Positions 41,640 through 52,201 of a DNA stretch of 64,000 nucleotides are shown in pieces. The notes under the pieces are model-generated. The model had not been told where the DNA came from, did not search any database, and saw only the letters and a program-made list of their open reading frames with translations. The DNA lies in NCBI GenBank assembly GCA_043803685.1, contig JAZDJU010000031.1, positions 64,001-128,000 of the forward strand, written 5' to 3'. Source of the stretch: Candidatus Omnitrophota bacterium (GTDB lineage Bacteria > Omnitrophota > Omnitrophia > Omnitrophales > Aquincolibacteriaceae). Position 1 is the first letter of the stretch; each line of letters opens with the position of its first letter. The translations under genes were made by a program, and so were the position numbers.

Positions 41640-43211
41640 TTATCCTTTATGCAGTTTATACTCGATGGCTTCAACGAGGGCCTTCCAACTGGCCTCGATG
41701 ATGTTCTCGTGAACGCCCACCGTCGTCCAGGACTTGTCCTTGTCCTGGAATTCGATGAAGACACGCACCTTGGCCGCCGTTCCGGCCTCGGAATTGACGA
41801 CGCGCACTTTATAATCCGTCAGATGGATCTCGGCGATCGACGGAAACGAGCGGCCGAGCGCCTTGCGAAGCGCGGAATCGAGCGCGTTCACGGGGCCGTC
41901 CCCTTCCGCGGACTCGAAATGTTCCTCGCCCTTGGCCAGGATCTTGACGTCCGCGATGGAACGCGGAACGCCCTTGCCAATATTCTCGGTCCGGACCGAA
42001 ATGTCTTCGACCTTGAAGAACGGTTTGAATTTTCCGAGCAGTCGCTGCACCAAAAGCTCGAAGCTTGCTTCCGCGGCCTCGAATTGGTAACCTTCGTGCT
42101 CAAGTTTCTGGATCTCCGTCAGGATCTTCGCGGCTTCGGGAGAATCCTTCAGGAACTTGAGCTCCAGTTCCTGAGCCTTGATCATGATGTTCGTTTTACC
42201 GCCAAGCTCCGAAACAAGATAGCGACGATAATTGCCGAGGGCCTGGGGTTCCACGTGCTCGTAGGTCCTCGCGTTCTTCATCATCGCGTTGATGTGGACG
42301 CCACCTTTATGAGCGAACGCGGAGCGACCCGTGAACGGCTGGTGATTCAAGAGCGGCATATTGCAGACCTCTGCCACATAATGCGAAAGAGGGGTCAACT
42401 CTTTCATCTTTTTCGCCAGAAAACACGGCACCTTCATCTTGAACTGAAGGTCCGGTATGATGCTCATGAGATTCGCGTTCCCGCAGCGCTCTCCGTAACC
42501 GTTGATGGTGCCCTGCACAAGGACGCAACCTTCGCCAACCGCTTGAACGGAATTAGCAACCGCAAGCTCCGAATCGTTGTGACAATGGATCCCAAGCGGA
42601 GTCTTCAGGGTACGTTTCACCTTCAGGATGGCATGACGGATCTCATGCGGTAAACTTCCGCCGTTCGTATCGCAAAGCGTAAGGTTGTCGGCTCCGGCCT
42701 TGGCGGCCTGCCGAAGCGCTTGCAGGGCATATTCCGGGTTCGCCTTGAAACCATCGAAGAAATGCTCCGCGTCAAAGATCACCTCGATCTTCCGGTCCTT
42801 GAGATAGGCAACCGTCTCGTAGATCATCAGAAGGTTCTCTTTGAGCGTTGTCTTGAAAACCTCCGTCACGTGCATGTCCCAGGATTTCCCGAACACCGTC
42901 ACAACTTTTGTGCCAGCCTCGAGCAGCGCCTTGATCTGCGGATCCTCTTTGACCTTCACGTGGGCCCGGCGCGTGGAACCGAACGCCGCGATCTTCGCCT
43001 TCCGGATCCCGGCCTTCTTCACCATCGTGAAAAATTCCATATCCTTGGGATTCGAGCCCGGCCATCCACCTTCGATGTAGTGGATCCCGAATTGGTCGAG
43101 CCGCTTCGCGATCAGGACCTTGTCGTGCGAAGACAGACTGATGCCCTCAGCTTGGGAGCCGTCACGGAGTGTCGTGTCGTAAAAGAATATCTTTTTTTGT
43201 TTTGCAGTCAT
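41640..43211 (-). CDS. cimA: Citramalate synthase (LeuA/CimA family)
   Basis: DTTLRDG.Q.EG, EGGWPGSNPKD, DAEHFFDG, HKGG.H. Confidence 0.9.
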   Translation of the reverse strand: MTAKQKKIFFYDTTLRDGSQAEGISLSSHDKVLIAKRLDQFGIHYIEGGWPGSNPKDMEFFTMVKKAGIRKAKIAAFGSTRRAHVKVKEDPQIKALLEAGTKVVTVFGKSWDMHVTEVFKTTLKENLLMIYETVAYLKDRKIEVIFDAEHFFDGFKANPEYALQALRQAAKAGADNLTLCDTNGGSLPHEIRHAILKVKRTLKTPLGIHCHNDSELAVANSVQAVGEGCVLVQGTINGYGERCGNANLMSIIPDLQFKMKVPCFLAKKMKELTPLSHYVAEVCNMPLLNHQPFTGRSAFAHKGGVHINAMMKNARTYEHVEPQALGNYRRYLVSELGGKTNIMIKAQELELKFLKDSPEAAKILTEIQKLEHEGYQFEAAEASFELLVQRLLGKFKPFFKVEDISVRTENIGKGVPRSIADVKILAKGEEHFESAEGDGPVNALDSALRKALGRSFPSIAEIHLTDYKVRVVNSEAGTAAKVRVFIEFQDKDKSWTTVGVHENIIEASWKALVEAIEYKLHKG

Positions 43212-43233
43212 AAAAAGTTCCCTGAACAACAAC

Positions 43234-43307
43234 GTATCAGGGTATCAAAGTGTCCGAGTGTCATATTTTTAACGCTTTGACACGTTGATACTTTGACACA
43301 TTGACAC
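43234..43307. repeat. 8-bp-unit palindromic repeat
   Basis: GTATCAGG GTATCAAA GTGTCCGA GTGTCA..TGACAC. Confidence 0.75.
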
Positions 43308-44525
43308 TTATTTCTTGCCAAGCCCAAACGCCTTGTGGATCACTTTCGCGGCGAGCTTGCCCTTATCGCCGGCGACGACGACTGAGATCTTGATCTCCGA
43401 AGTCGAGATCATATCGATATTGATCTTGTTCTTGGCCAGGGTCGAGAACATCTTGGACGCGATACCGGAATGAGAACGCATCCCGATCCCGACCACGCTG
43501 ACCTTCGCGACGTTCTCGTCGCAGGTGACGTTCGTGGCGCCAACCTTCTTCATGGCCGCCTTGACGACCTTCATGGCCTTCACGAGCTCGTTCTTGAAGA
43601 CGGTAAAAGAGATGTCGGTGGAATTCGTCTGCGTTTTGTTCTGAATGATCATATCCACGTTCACGTTCGCGTCCGCCAGGGTCTGGAAGACCTTGGCCGC
43701 CACGCCCGGGCGGTCCGAAACGCGGAACAGAGTGATCTTCGCCTCATCTTCAGCTAACGCGACACCGCTTACAACGACTTCTTCCATGGCCTTATTCTCC
43801 TTCGTGATAAGAGTTCCTTTGTGGTCGTTCTGGGAATTGCAGACCCAAATCGGCATGTTGAATTTTTTTCCGACTTCGATCGAACGCGAGTGCATGACTT
43901 TCGCCCCGAGCGACGCGAGCTCGAGGATCTCGTCATAGGTGACCTGATTCATTTTTTGCGCGTCCGGGATCACGCGCGGATCCGCGGTGTAGATCCCGTC
44001 CACGTCCGTGTAGATCTCGCAATGTTTTGCCTTGAGGGCCACCGCCAACGCCACAGCGGTCAGGTCCGAACCGCCGCGCCCGAGCGTCGTGATCTCGCCC
44101 GAGGGCGTCTGCCCCTGGAACCCGGCCACGATCACGATCTTTCCTGCGGACAACGCTTTCTTAATACGGTCCGCGCTAATGTTCTGGATCCGGGCCTTGC
44201 TGTGGAATTCGTCCGTGATGGTCCCCACTTGCGAACCCGTGAACGAGACCGCCTCGTGTCCCAATTTCTGGACCGCCATCGCCAAAAGCGCGATCGAGAC
44301 CTGTTCCCCCGTCGAGAGAAGCATGTCCATTTCCCGGTCCTGAGGATCCTTGTTGATCTGATCGGCGAGCGTGATCAGGTCATCGGTCATGTCGCCCATG
44401 GCAGAAACCACCACCACGACCTTGTTCCCGGCTTTCTTGGTCTTGATCACACGTTGAGCGACCCTCAGGATCTTTTCCGCATTGGCGACCGAAGAGCCGC
44501 CGTACTTCTGAACAATAAGTGACAT
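43308..44525 (-). CDS. lysC: Aspartate kinase
   Basis: VQKYGGSSV, TLGRGGSD, two ACT domains. Confidence 0.97.
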   Translation of the reverse strand: MSLIVQKYGGSSVANAEKILRVAQRVIKTKKAGNKVVVVVSAMGDMTDDLITLADQINKDPQDREMDMLLSTGEQVSIALLAMAVQKLGHEAVSFTGSQVGTITDEFHSKARIQNISADRIKKALSAGKIVIVAGFQGQTPSGEITTLGRGGSDLTAVALAVALKAKHCEIYTDVDGIYTADPRVIPDAQKMNQVTYDEILELASLGAKVMHSRSIEVGKKFNMPIWVCNSQNDHKGTLITKENKAMEEVVVSGVALAEDEAKITLFRVSDRPGVAAKVFQTLADANVNVDMIIQNKTQTNSTDISFTVFKNELVKAMKVVKAAMKKVGATNVTCDENVAKVSVVGIGMRSHSGIASKMFSTLAKNKINIDMISTSEIKISVVVAGDKGKLAAKVIHKAFGLGKK

Positions 44526-44641
44526 CTGAATAGTCCTCCTCAAATAATTTATACGCTGATCACCTGATGGAGGAAGGAGGATGGCGGAGGGCGTCAAAGT
44601 CTTTACTCCAACCGCCATCCACCATCCGTCATCCTTGGGCG

Positions 44642-45847
44642 TTACCCCGCCTTCGCCATAAAAAAAGGCATCAGCTCCGTGGTTTTAATGAATTTCAGCT
44701 CGGAGGTCTTGGCCGCGATCTCCGAGAAGCGCTCGATCTCGTCGGGCATGACGTTCTTGCCCGTAACGGCGAACGGCACGCTATCGCGGACGATCTCTCT
44801 CATCTTCCAAAGCGTCGCGTGCCCCGGCGTGACCAGAAGACGGGATTCCTTGGAACGTTCGAGGTATTTCTTGATCTTGGAGAGCACGAAGAAATCGATC
44901 CCCTCGATCGCCGCGACCTTGTTCTTCACATCCCCGGTCCGGGACGCGACCTCGGGCGTGTGGAGGTGGAGACACACAAAATCTTTTTCTTCCAGCGCGT
45001 CAATCGCCACTTTGGAGATCTTGTCGTAGAAAGCCGACGGTTCCTCGCCCTCTTCCTTGACGTCCATCACCGTGAACCCGGTGAGCCGGCCCAGTCCCCG
45101 GGCATATTCGCGCGCGGAGACCATCGCGCCGCCGGCGACATCGAAACATTCGCGGAAAGGCTTGAGGGACGGTTTTTTTCCCTGTCCCCAGAGCCAGATC
45201 ATGTTCGCGGGATTCTCACCGAGATCCACGCGCACCTGGTTGATCTCGTGGTCCTGCAGAAGCAGCCTTGCATCGTACATCAATTTCCGCATCAATTCGT
45301 CACCCGGTCCGCGCGGCAGAACGTCTTCGATCTTCTCGCCAACCACACTTTCCGGCGCCTGGGTCTTCGCGGACAGCGCTTCGTACCCGTTCGCGTCCTT
45401 GATCACCGCAAGATGCCGGTACCCGGAGCTCGAAAAGAACCGCACAAAATCGCTCGCAACCTTTTTATTCATGAAATTGATGAGCGCCTTGGCCTCTTTC
45501 GTGCTCAGATCGCCAGCGGTCGGATCGGCGAGCGTCCCCGCGGCCTCCGTGATAAAATTCATGCAGAACGCGACTTCCTTGTCGTCGAGCGTCAGCTCTT
45601 TGTCAGCAGCCTCGAGCGGTCCCCGGCCCGTGTAGAGTTTCGACGCGTCGTAACCCAAAAGATTGAACAGGCTCACGTCCGCGGAAGCAGGCAAACGGTC
45701 GGACACGAGCTTCGCCGTCCCCACTTTACCGTTCTTCGCAAAGAAATTGAGATTCGGGACTTTTGCCACTTCGAGAGGTGTCTTGCCTCCGAGTTCCTCG
45801 GTCGGATGATCCGCAGCACCGGCGAGAACTATAACGATCGATTTCAT
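44642..45847 (-). CDS. apgM: ApgM-like / proposed alternative homoserine kinase with degenerate metal ligands
   Basis: LGGKTPL, YTGRGPLEA, YRHL, H.IN..R...G..PAN.IW.WG. Confidence 0.8.
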   Translation of the reverse strand: MKSIVIVLAGAADHPTEELGGKTPLEVAKVPNLNFFAKNGKVGTAKLVSDRLPASADVSLFNLLGYDASKLYTGRGPLEAADKELTLDDKEVAFCMNFITEAAGTLADPTAGDLSTKEAKALINFMNKKVASDFVRFFSSSGYRHLAVIKDANGYEALSAKTQAPESVVGEKIEDVLPRGPGDELMRKLMYDARLLLQDHEINQVRVDLGENPANMIWLWGQGKKPSLKPFRECFDVAGGAMVSAREYARGLGRLTGFTVMDVKEEGEEPSAFYDKISKVAIDALEEKDFVCLHLHTPEVASRTGDVKNKVAAIEGIDFFVLSKIKKYLERSKESRLLVTPGHATLWKMREIVRDSVPFAVTGKNVMPDEIERFSEIAAKTSELKFIKTTELMPFFMAKAG

Positions 45848-46914
45848 CGGATCACCTCCTTGACAGCATCAAGCGTGGACGGGACCTTGAAAACCGGGTC
45901 CTCGAAACTGAGCGCGAAATCAGGGTCCTTCAAACCCGCTCCCGTGAGGGTGATCACGATGCGGGATCCTTCCTTGAAAAATCCTTTGCGGGCGAGGTTG
46001 ATCACACCCGCGACCGGCGCGACACTAGCCGGCTCCGCGAAAACGCCTTCGCGCTCCGCGATAAAGCGATACGCCTTCGTGATCTCTTCGTCCGTCACAC
46101 TATCGATCAACCCGCCCGATTCATCGCGCGCGGCAACCGCGCCCTGCCAGCTCGCGGGATTTCCGATACGGATCGCGGTCGCGAGCGTTTCCGGCTTTTC
46201 CACCGGATGCCCGAGCACGATCGGCGCCGAGCCCGCGGCCTGAAAACCGAGCATCTTCGGCAACGTCTCCGACTTCCCCACTTTTTTATATTCCTTGTAA
46301 CCCTTCCAGTAGGCGGTGATGTTCCCCGCATTCCCGACCGGGATCGCGTGATATTCCGGCGCGTCCCCGAGATCGTCCACGATCTCAAAGGCCCCCGTCT
46401 TCTGTCCTTCGATCCGGTACGGATTGATGGAATTCACCAGAGTGATCTTACCTTCCGCCGTGATTTCCTTCACAAGCTCGAGGGCTTTGTCAAAATTCCC
46501 CTCGATCATGATCACTTTCGCGCCGTAGCGGTACGCCTGAAGGAGTTTTCCTTTGGCGATCTTACCTTCAGGGATCAACACATAACATTTCAACCCGCAC
46601 CGGGCCGCGTAGGCCGCAGCGGAGGCGGAGGTATTTCCGGTCGAGGCGCACATCACAGCCTTCGATCCCGCTTCAACCGCCTTCGAGATCGCCATCGTCA
46701 TTCCGCGATCCTTGAAAGAACCGGTCGGGTTCAGACCTTCGAACTTGTAATAGATCCGGACATTCTTCAGCCCGAGCTCCCGGGGCAAAGCCTCCGCGAG
46801 AATAAGCGGCGTGTTGCCTTCATTGAGCGAAACGATGGGAGTCTTGTCCGTGACCGGAAGATACTCCTGGTAACGTTCGATGATCCCGATCTTCTTAACC
46901 GCGTATTTTCCCAT
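45844..46914 (-). CDS. thrC: Threonine synthase
   Basis: EGNTP, NPTGSFKDRG, CASTGNTS, EGQKT. Confidence 0.97.
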   Translation of the reverse strand: MGKYAVKKIGIIERYQEYLPVTDKTPIVSLNEGNTPLILAEALPRELGLKNVRIYYKFEGLNPTGSFKDRGMTMAISKAVEAGSKAVMCASTGNTSASAAAYAARCGLKCYVLIPEGKIAKGKLLQAYRYGAKVIMIEGNFDKALELVKEITAEGKITLVNSINPYRIEGQKTGAFEIVDDLGDAPEYHAIPVGNAGNITAYWKGYKEYKKVGKSETLPKMLGFQAAGSAPIVLGHPVEKPETLATAIRIGNPASWQGAVAARDESGGLIDSVTDEEITKAYRFIAEREGVFAEPASVAPVAGVINLARKGFFKEGSRIVITLTGAGLKDPDFALSFEDPVFKVPSTLDAVKEVIR

Positions 46915-46983
46915 AAAATTTGATTCCGTTATTTCCAGATTCGCTTTTTTTTTCTTCCACCAACTCCGAAACTGAATCCTTCC

Positions 46984-47057
46984 GTATCAAAGTATCACAG
47001 TGTCACAGTATCAGGGTTTGAGCACCTTGACACTTTGAGACTCTGACACCCCGACAC
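46984..47057. repeat. 8-bp-unit palindromic repeat
   Basis: GTATCAAA GTATCACA GTGTCACA GTATCAGG..TGACAC. Confidence 0.75.
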
Positions 47058-47065
47058 TTATTTCC

Positions 47066-48361
47066 CTACGCCTCTTCGATACGGATGACCTGAGTACGTC
47101 CCTTGATGCAGGACATGCCGTCGATCTCGCGGATCGCGGCTCTCAGATCTTTTTCGTGCGTGTCATGGGTCAAGAGGATGAGCGGCACCACGCGCCCGGC
47201 GCTGCGTTCGCGCTGCATCACGTCCGAGATGCTAATCTTGTATTTACCGAGGATCTTCGAGATATTCGCGAGCACGCTGGGTTTGTCGATCACGTAAAAC
47301 CGCAGGTAATAACGCGACAGGATCGAAAAAATACTTCTCACCGGCAAGGTCTTCCCGAGCGCCCGGACCATGAAAGAGTCCTCGATCGGCCCGACAGCCC
47401 CGGCCTTGGCGATATCCACCAGGTCCGCGATCACGGCGCTTGCCGTAGGATGCGGTCCGGCCCCGCGGCCGTAAAAAAGAACGTCGCCCACTTCATCGCC
47501 GCGCATCAGGATCGCGTTGAACGACCCGTTCACGTTCGCGAGGATGTGCGAATTCGGGAGAAGCGTCGGTTGAACACGCGCCTCCATCCCCTCGCCCGAA
47601 CGTTTGGCGATCGCGAGCAGTTTGATCGTGTATCCGAATTCCTTAGCGAAGGCGATGTCATCGCTTGAGATCTCGGTGATCCCTTCGCAGTAAATGTCCT
47701 TGAATTTCACTTTCCCGCCGAACGCGAAACGCGCGAGGATCGCAAGCTTGTGCGCGGCATCGTGCCCGCTCACGTCGAGAAAAGGATTCGCCTCGGCAAA
47801 ACCCAGCTTCTGGGCGCCGGCCAGGGCTTCCGCGAAGCTCACACCCTTGGCGGTCATCTGGGTCAGAATATAGTTCGTGGTCCCGTTGATAATGGCATGC
47901 ATCGAATCGATGCGGTTCGCCACAAGGCCTTCGCGAAGCGCCTTGATACACGGGATGCCACCGCCCACGCTTGCCTCGAAACACAACCAGCGTTTCATCC
48001 GGTGCGCGAGCTCAAAGATCTCATCGCCATACTCGGCCAGAAGGGCCTTGTTCGCCGTCACCACATGCTTGCCGTTCTTCAGGGCTTCCTTGATCAATTG
48101 ACGGGCGATCGTCGTACCCCCGATCAGCTCGACCACCACGTCGATGGACGGGTCCCGCACGACCTCAAAAGCGTCCTTGGTCAGAATGTTTTTCGGAGGA
48201 CGGACTTTTTTGTTCCGCTCGGGATATTTCTCCGCGATCAGCGCAAGCTCGAAGGACACGCCGAGCTGGCGCGCGAACGAAGCCTTCTTCGCCGTAAGGA
48301 TCTCATAGAGTCCGGTCCCGATCTGTCCTAGCCCGAGAAGTCCGATCCTGATCTTTTTCAT
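47066..48361 (-). CDS. hom: Homoserine dehydrogenase
   Basis: GLG.IG, VVTANK, EASVGGGIP, INGTTN, C-terminal ACT. Confidence 0.97.
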   Translation of the reverse strand: MKKIRIGLLGLGQIGTGLYEILTAKKASFARQLGVSFELALIAEKYPERNKKVRPPKNILTKDAFEVVRDPSIDVVVELIGGTTIARQLIKEALKNGKHVVTANKALLAEYGDEIFELAHRMKRWLCFEASVGGGIPCIKALREGLVANRIDSMHAIINGTTNYILTQMTAKGVSFAEALAGAQKLGFAEANPFLDVSGHDAAHKLAILARFAFGGKVKFKDIYCEGITEISSDDIAFAKEFGYTIKLLAIAKRSGEGMEARVQPTLLPNSHILANVNGSFNAILMRGDEVGDVLFYGRGAGPHPTASAVIADLVDIAKAGAVGPIEDSFMVRALGKTLPVRSIFSILSRYYLRFYVIDKPSVLANISKILGKYKISISDVMQRERSAGRVVPLILLTHDTHEKDLRAAIREIDGMSCIKGRTQVIRIEEA

Positions 48362-48580
48362 GGTGTCCCTCGTTCAAACATCCTAAGTTCAATAGTAGTA
48401 AAACCTTAACAAGGCAGGGAGTATAACTTACATCAGATGAAAAATCAAACAGGCCTTCCTCATAAAATCCGGGAAACGTTCCTCGGGGAACGCAGGCATT
48501 TTTTCCGTCCGCTTCCCGTTCCCCGCTCCCCGGGATCGTGTATTTTCCACTTACTTTACTTTAGAACCTGTTGATGTATA

Positions 48581-48667
48581 CTAGCCTTGTCTTACATTCT
48601 TTTCTTGAATGGCGACAAGGCTTGCCCCAATTTCAACTTCGTTAAAATTGATAAGAATTGGGACTAG
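48581..48667. mobile_element. Intact 87-bp CTAG-flanked double-hairpin element
   Basis: Near-identical reverse complement of 7094-7264 without its insert. Confidence 0.7.
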
Positions 48668-48706
48668 CGTTGCTTTTTCGGGAAAATCTCAACGGAGAGG
48701 TCCAAA

Positions 48707-49132
48707 ATGAATAAGAAATTGATTCCCGCCCTTGTCCTTATCTCAGCGATCACCGGCTTCGGCATGGCGCGATCCGGTCAATACGACGAAGACGCGCGCG
48801 CGCAGGAAAAGATCCAGAAACAAATGGATGTAGAAACAGCGACGCCGGAGGAACGTCACCCCATGAAGAATTTCGCGACGGGCGTCAAAGAAGTCACCTA
48901 TGACAACGTCCGGGACACCTTAAGTGATACCGCCAAGGGAACCGCCCATGAGAAGCCGATCGTCGGAACTCTCGACGGAACCCAGCAGGCCGGCGAAAAA
49001 GTGGTCGATAACACCATCAAAGGCGTCAAGAAGGTTGCGTCCCTCGGTTACGCGAAAGACGACAGCTATGAGATCGCCCAACCTGAAAAAGGTTCCGGCG
49101 AAGCCGCCAAGATCAAGCTCTTCAAGTTCTGA
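48707..49132 (+). CDS. Secreted hypothetical protein
   Basis: Signal-like N-terminus, GGAGAGG RBS. Confidence 0.75.
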   Translation: MNKKLIPALVLISAITGFGMARSGQYDEDARAQEKIQKQMDVETATPEERHPMKNFATGVKEVTYDNVRDTLSDTAKGTAHEKPIVGTLDGTQQAGEKVVDNTIKGVKKVASLGYAKDDSYEIAQPEKGSGEAAKIKLFKF

Positions 49133-49133
49133 T

Positions 49134-49249
49134 CAGACTACAGTCGTTAGACTGCAGCATTTAAAAAATAGGGGTCGTCACCGTTTTTCTAAAAAGGTGA
49201 CGACCCCTTCTTTATTATTAAGTCTGTAGTCTCTGGTCTGAAGTCTGAG
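49134..49249. repeat. Heptamer-repeat palindrome enclosing a 12-bp inverted repeat (bidirectional terminator-like)
   Basis: CAGACTA../..AGTCTG arms around GGGGTCGTCACC..GGTGACGACCCC, between convergent genes. Confidence 0.6.
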
Positions 49250-49254
49250 GCCTA

Positions 49255-51018
49255 TTAAAGATTGAATTGCAGATCGTAAAGCTTCTTGTACATCCCGCCC
49301 AAGCGCAAAAGGAACTCGTTCGTCCCCTGCTGGACGATCTGTCCTTTGTCCATGACAAGAATGCGGTCGGCCTTTTGGATGGTGGAAAGACGGTGCGCGA
49401 TCACGAACACCGTGCGATCCTTCATGAGATTCTCCAAAGCGCTCTGAACTTCTTTCTCGCTTTGCGTATCAAGATGCGAGGTCGCCTCGTCGAGGATCAG
49501 GATCGGCGGATCCTTGAGGAGCGCCCGTGCGATCGCGATGCGCTGACGCTCGCCGCCGGATAGTTTGAGCCCCCTGTCCCCTAGCGGCGTGTCGTAGCCT
49601 AGTGGAAGCGCTTCGATAAAATGATCGGCGTAGGCGATCTCGGCCGCCCGCTTCACATCTTCGATGCTCGCGTCCGGACGCCCGTAAGCGATATTCTCGC
49701 GGATCGTGCAATTAAAAAGCACCGTTTCCTGCGACACGATTCCGATCATGCCACGCAAAGAATGAAGCGTCAGGTCCCGGACATCCCTGCCGTTGATCTT
49801 GATCACACCCTGGACAGGATCATAGAAGCGAAGGAGCAGGTTCACGAGTGTGGTCTTGCCGGAACCGCTCGCTCCCACGAACGCGACCACTTCATTGTGC
49901 TTGGCTTTAAGCTCGATGTCCTTGAGCACCCACTTCTCCGGCTCATAGCAGAAACTCACATGCTCGTAACTGACCTCGCGGACCGGCTCTGAAAAAACAA
50001 GGGCTCCGGGCTTGTTGTGTATCGTGGGCTTCGCGTCCAGTACCTCAAAAATGCGCTGTCCCGAAGCGATCGATTGCTGGATCGTACTGTTCACCTTGCT
50101 GATCTTTTTGAGAGGCTCGTAACAAACATAGAGCGAAATAAAAAAAGCCGCGAACCGTTCCGGCGACAGGTATTGCATCCCGTACCACACCGCGAACGCG
50201 GCCCCGATCGATCCGATCACTTCGATCAACGGACGCTGGATGATCGTGACCTTGATGGTCTTTCTGAAAAATTTAAAAACGCTGTCATTGATCTCCTCGA
50301 AACGACGGATCTCCCGCTCCTCGCTCGTAAAGGCCTTCACAATGTGAGCCCCGGCGAGGGTTTCGCCGATAAAAGACGTAATGTCCCCCGTGCGCTCCTG
50401 CATTTTTTTCGTCAGTTTGCGAAGCTGCTTGCCCAAAAGCACGATGGGGATCGCCACGAGCGGAAAGATCAGGATCGCGATGAGCGCGTATTTCCCGCCC
50501 CACATAAAGATGAAGGGAATGTTGAAGAGAATGACGAGCGGTTGCTTGACGAGGTCCGTGATCACGTCCGTGATCGCGCCCTGGATCTGGCCGACATCGT
50601 TCGTAATACGGGAGAGGAAATCCCCGGTGCGGCCTTTGGCATAAAAATCATGCGAGAGATAGACGAGGTGGCGGTAGAGGTCGTCCCGGACTTTGCGAAC
50701 GGCCAGGATCCCCACATTGGCCATGTGATAGTTCGACACGTAATCAAAAAAACCGCGCAAAAGGAACACGCTCACCAGGATCACCGGGATCCAGATCATG
50801 GGGACAGCCACAGAGGTCAACTGGGGGAAATATTTTGAAAGGTAAGGGATATTGTCGACGACGACCTGGCTCTTCTGAAAGAACCCTTTCGTGATCACAT
50901 AGAGCGCCACCGAGACCAGCGCGTTCGCCATCGAAAAGGCCAGCATGCACGCGAAGGCAATGGCCAGACGCCAGCGGTACGGCTTCACATAAGTCAGCAG
51001 TCTTTTATAAATGTCCAT
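49255..51018 (-). CDS. msbA: MsbA-like ABC exporter
   Basis: TMD, GASGSGKT, LSGGERQR, LDEATS; near lpxB. Confidence 0.85.
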   Translation of the reverse strand: MDIYKRLLTYVKPYRWRLAIAFACMLAFSMANALVSVALYVITKGFFQKSQVVVDNIPYLSKYFPQLTSVAVPMIWIPVILVSVFLLRGFFDYVSNYHMANVGILAVRKVRDDLYRHLVYLSHDFYAKGRTGDFLSRITNDVGQIQGAITDVITDLVKQPLVILFNIPFIFMWGGKYALIAILIFPLVAIPIVLLGKQLRKLTKKMQERTGDITSFIGETLAGAHIVKAFTSEEREIRRFEEINDSVFKFFRKTIKVTIIQRPLIEVIGSIGAAFAVWYGMQYLSPERFAAFFISLYVCYEPLKKISKVNSTIQQSIASGQRIFEVLDAKPTIHNKPGALVFSEPVREVSYEHVSFCYEPEKWVLKDIELKAKHNEVVAFVGASGSGKTTLVNLLLRFYDPVQGVIKINGRDVRDLTLHSLRGMIGIVSQETVLFNCTIRENIAYGRPDASIEDVKRAAEIAYADHFIEALPLGYDTPLGDRGLKLSGGERQRIAIARALLKDPPILILDEATSHLDTQSEKEVQSALENLMKDRTVFVIAHRLSTIQKADRILVMDKGQIVQQGTNEFLLRLGGMYKKLYDLQFNL

Positions 51019-51207
51019 AATCCTCCCGGATCGGGGAATGGGAAACGGGTCACGGGGAACGATGACGTTCAACGTTGGCCGCTGCACGGCTCCCTGTGAA
51101 ACAAGGGAGCACACTGTAACATATTCGTTGACACTCCTCAAGGTTATGATTTAAGCTTCCCGATCGCTATTTTTTCCTGATAACTCATGAAATACAAAGG
51201 AGTTAGG

Positions 51208-52173
51208 ATGCCAACACCTCTAAAGGTCGGCGTGGTCGGCGTAGGACATCTCGGTAAGGAGCACGCCCGGATCTATCGCGATCTCCCCGAGGCCGAACTC
51301 GTCGGGATCTCGGACATGGACCCCGCCAAAGAGGACAAGGCCAAGGAACTCGGGACCGTCTATTACAAAGACTTCCGGGACCTTCTGGGCAAAGTCGAGG
51401 CCGTGAGCATCGCGACCCCGACCTCCACCCATTACGCGGTCGCCAAGGAATTTCTCAAAGCTGGCATTCACACCTTGATCGAAAAACCCATTACGCTCAA
51501 ACTCGACGAGGCCGATGAACTTTTGGAGCTCTCGCGCAAAAATAATTGCGCCCTGCAAGTCGGACATATCGAACGTCATAATCCCGGATTCAGACGCATC
51601 GAGGAGATCGCGAAGAACATCCGCTTCTTCGAGATCCACCGCCTCGGCCCCTTCACCGGCCGCATCAATGACTGCGGCGTGGTGCTTGATCTCATGATCC
51701 ACGACCTCGACATCGTGCTCGGGCTCATGAAATCCGAAGTTGTGAGTTTCGACGCCGTCGGCGTGAACGTGCTCACCCCGTTCGAGGACATCGCGAACGT
51801 CCGTATGAAATTCAAGAACGGCGCCGTGGCCGACATCACGGCTTCGCGTCTCACCTTCGAAAAACAGCGCAAGATCCGCATCTTCCAGGAAGACGCTTAT
51901 ATCTCGCTCGATTACGGCGCGCAAAGCTGCAAGATCTTCCGCAAGAACGGCACGGAGATCGCCCAGGAGATCGTGGACATCGAAAAAGCGGAACCCCTGA
52001 AAGAAGAGCTGAAATTCTTTATCTCGAATATCCAGACCGGAAAAAGTCCGGGGCATCCCGACACCGCGGCCCGTGACGCGCTGAAGCTCGCGCTCGAGAT
52101 CGCGCACAGGGTCCAGACAGAACACCCCAAGCCGAGTGTGCCCCTCCAGGATCCTGTCGCCAAGAAACAATGA
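51208..52173 (+). CDS. Gfo/Idh/MocA oxidoreductase (GnnA-like)
   Basis: GVG.LG..H, EKP, VGH.ER.NP, DLMIHDLD; directly upstream of lpxB. Confidence 0.85.
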   Translation: MPTPLKVGVVGVGHLGKEHARIYRDLPEAELVGISDMDPAKEDKAKELGTVYYKDFRDLLGKVEAVSIATPTSTHYAVAKEFLKAGIHTLIEKPITLKLDEADELLELSRKNNCALQVGHIERHNPGFRRIEEIAKNIRFFEIHRLGPFTGRINDCGVVLDLMIHDLDIVLGLMKSEVVSFDAVGVNVLTPFEDIANVRMKFKNGAVADITASRLTFEKQRKIRIFQEDAYISLDYGAQSCKIFRKNGTEIAQEIVDIEKAEPLKEELKFFISNIQTGKSPGHPDTAARDALKLALEIAHRVQTEHPKPSVPLQDPVAKKQ

Positions 52174-52201
52174 CCTCACAAAAAGCCACACACCACGGTA
52201 A

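Noticed and set aside
44567..46243. 558-aa plus-strand ORF and similar long antisense ORFs (26111-26998, 40526-41575, 41481-42653, 51220-52191, 55466-56497)
   Set aside because: Shadows of clear genes on the opposite strand in GC-rich codon usage
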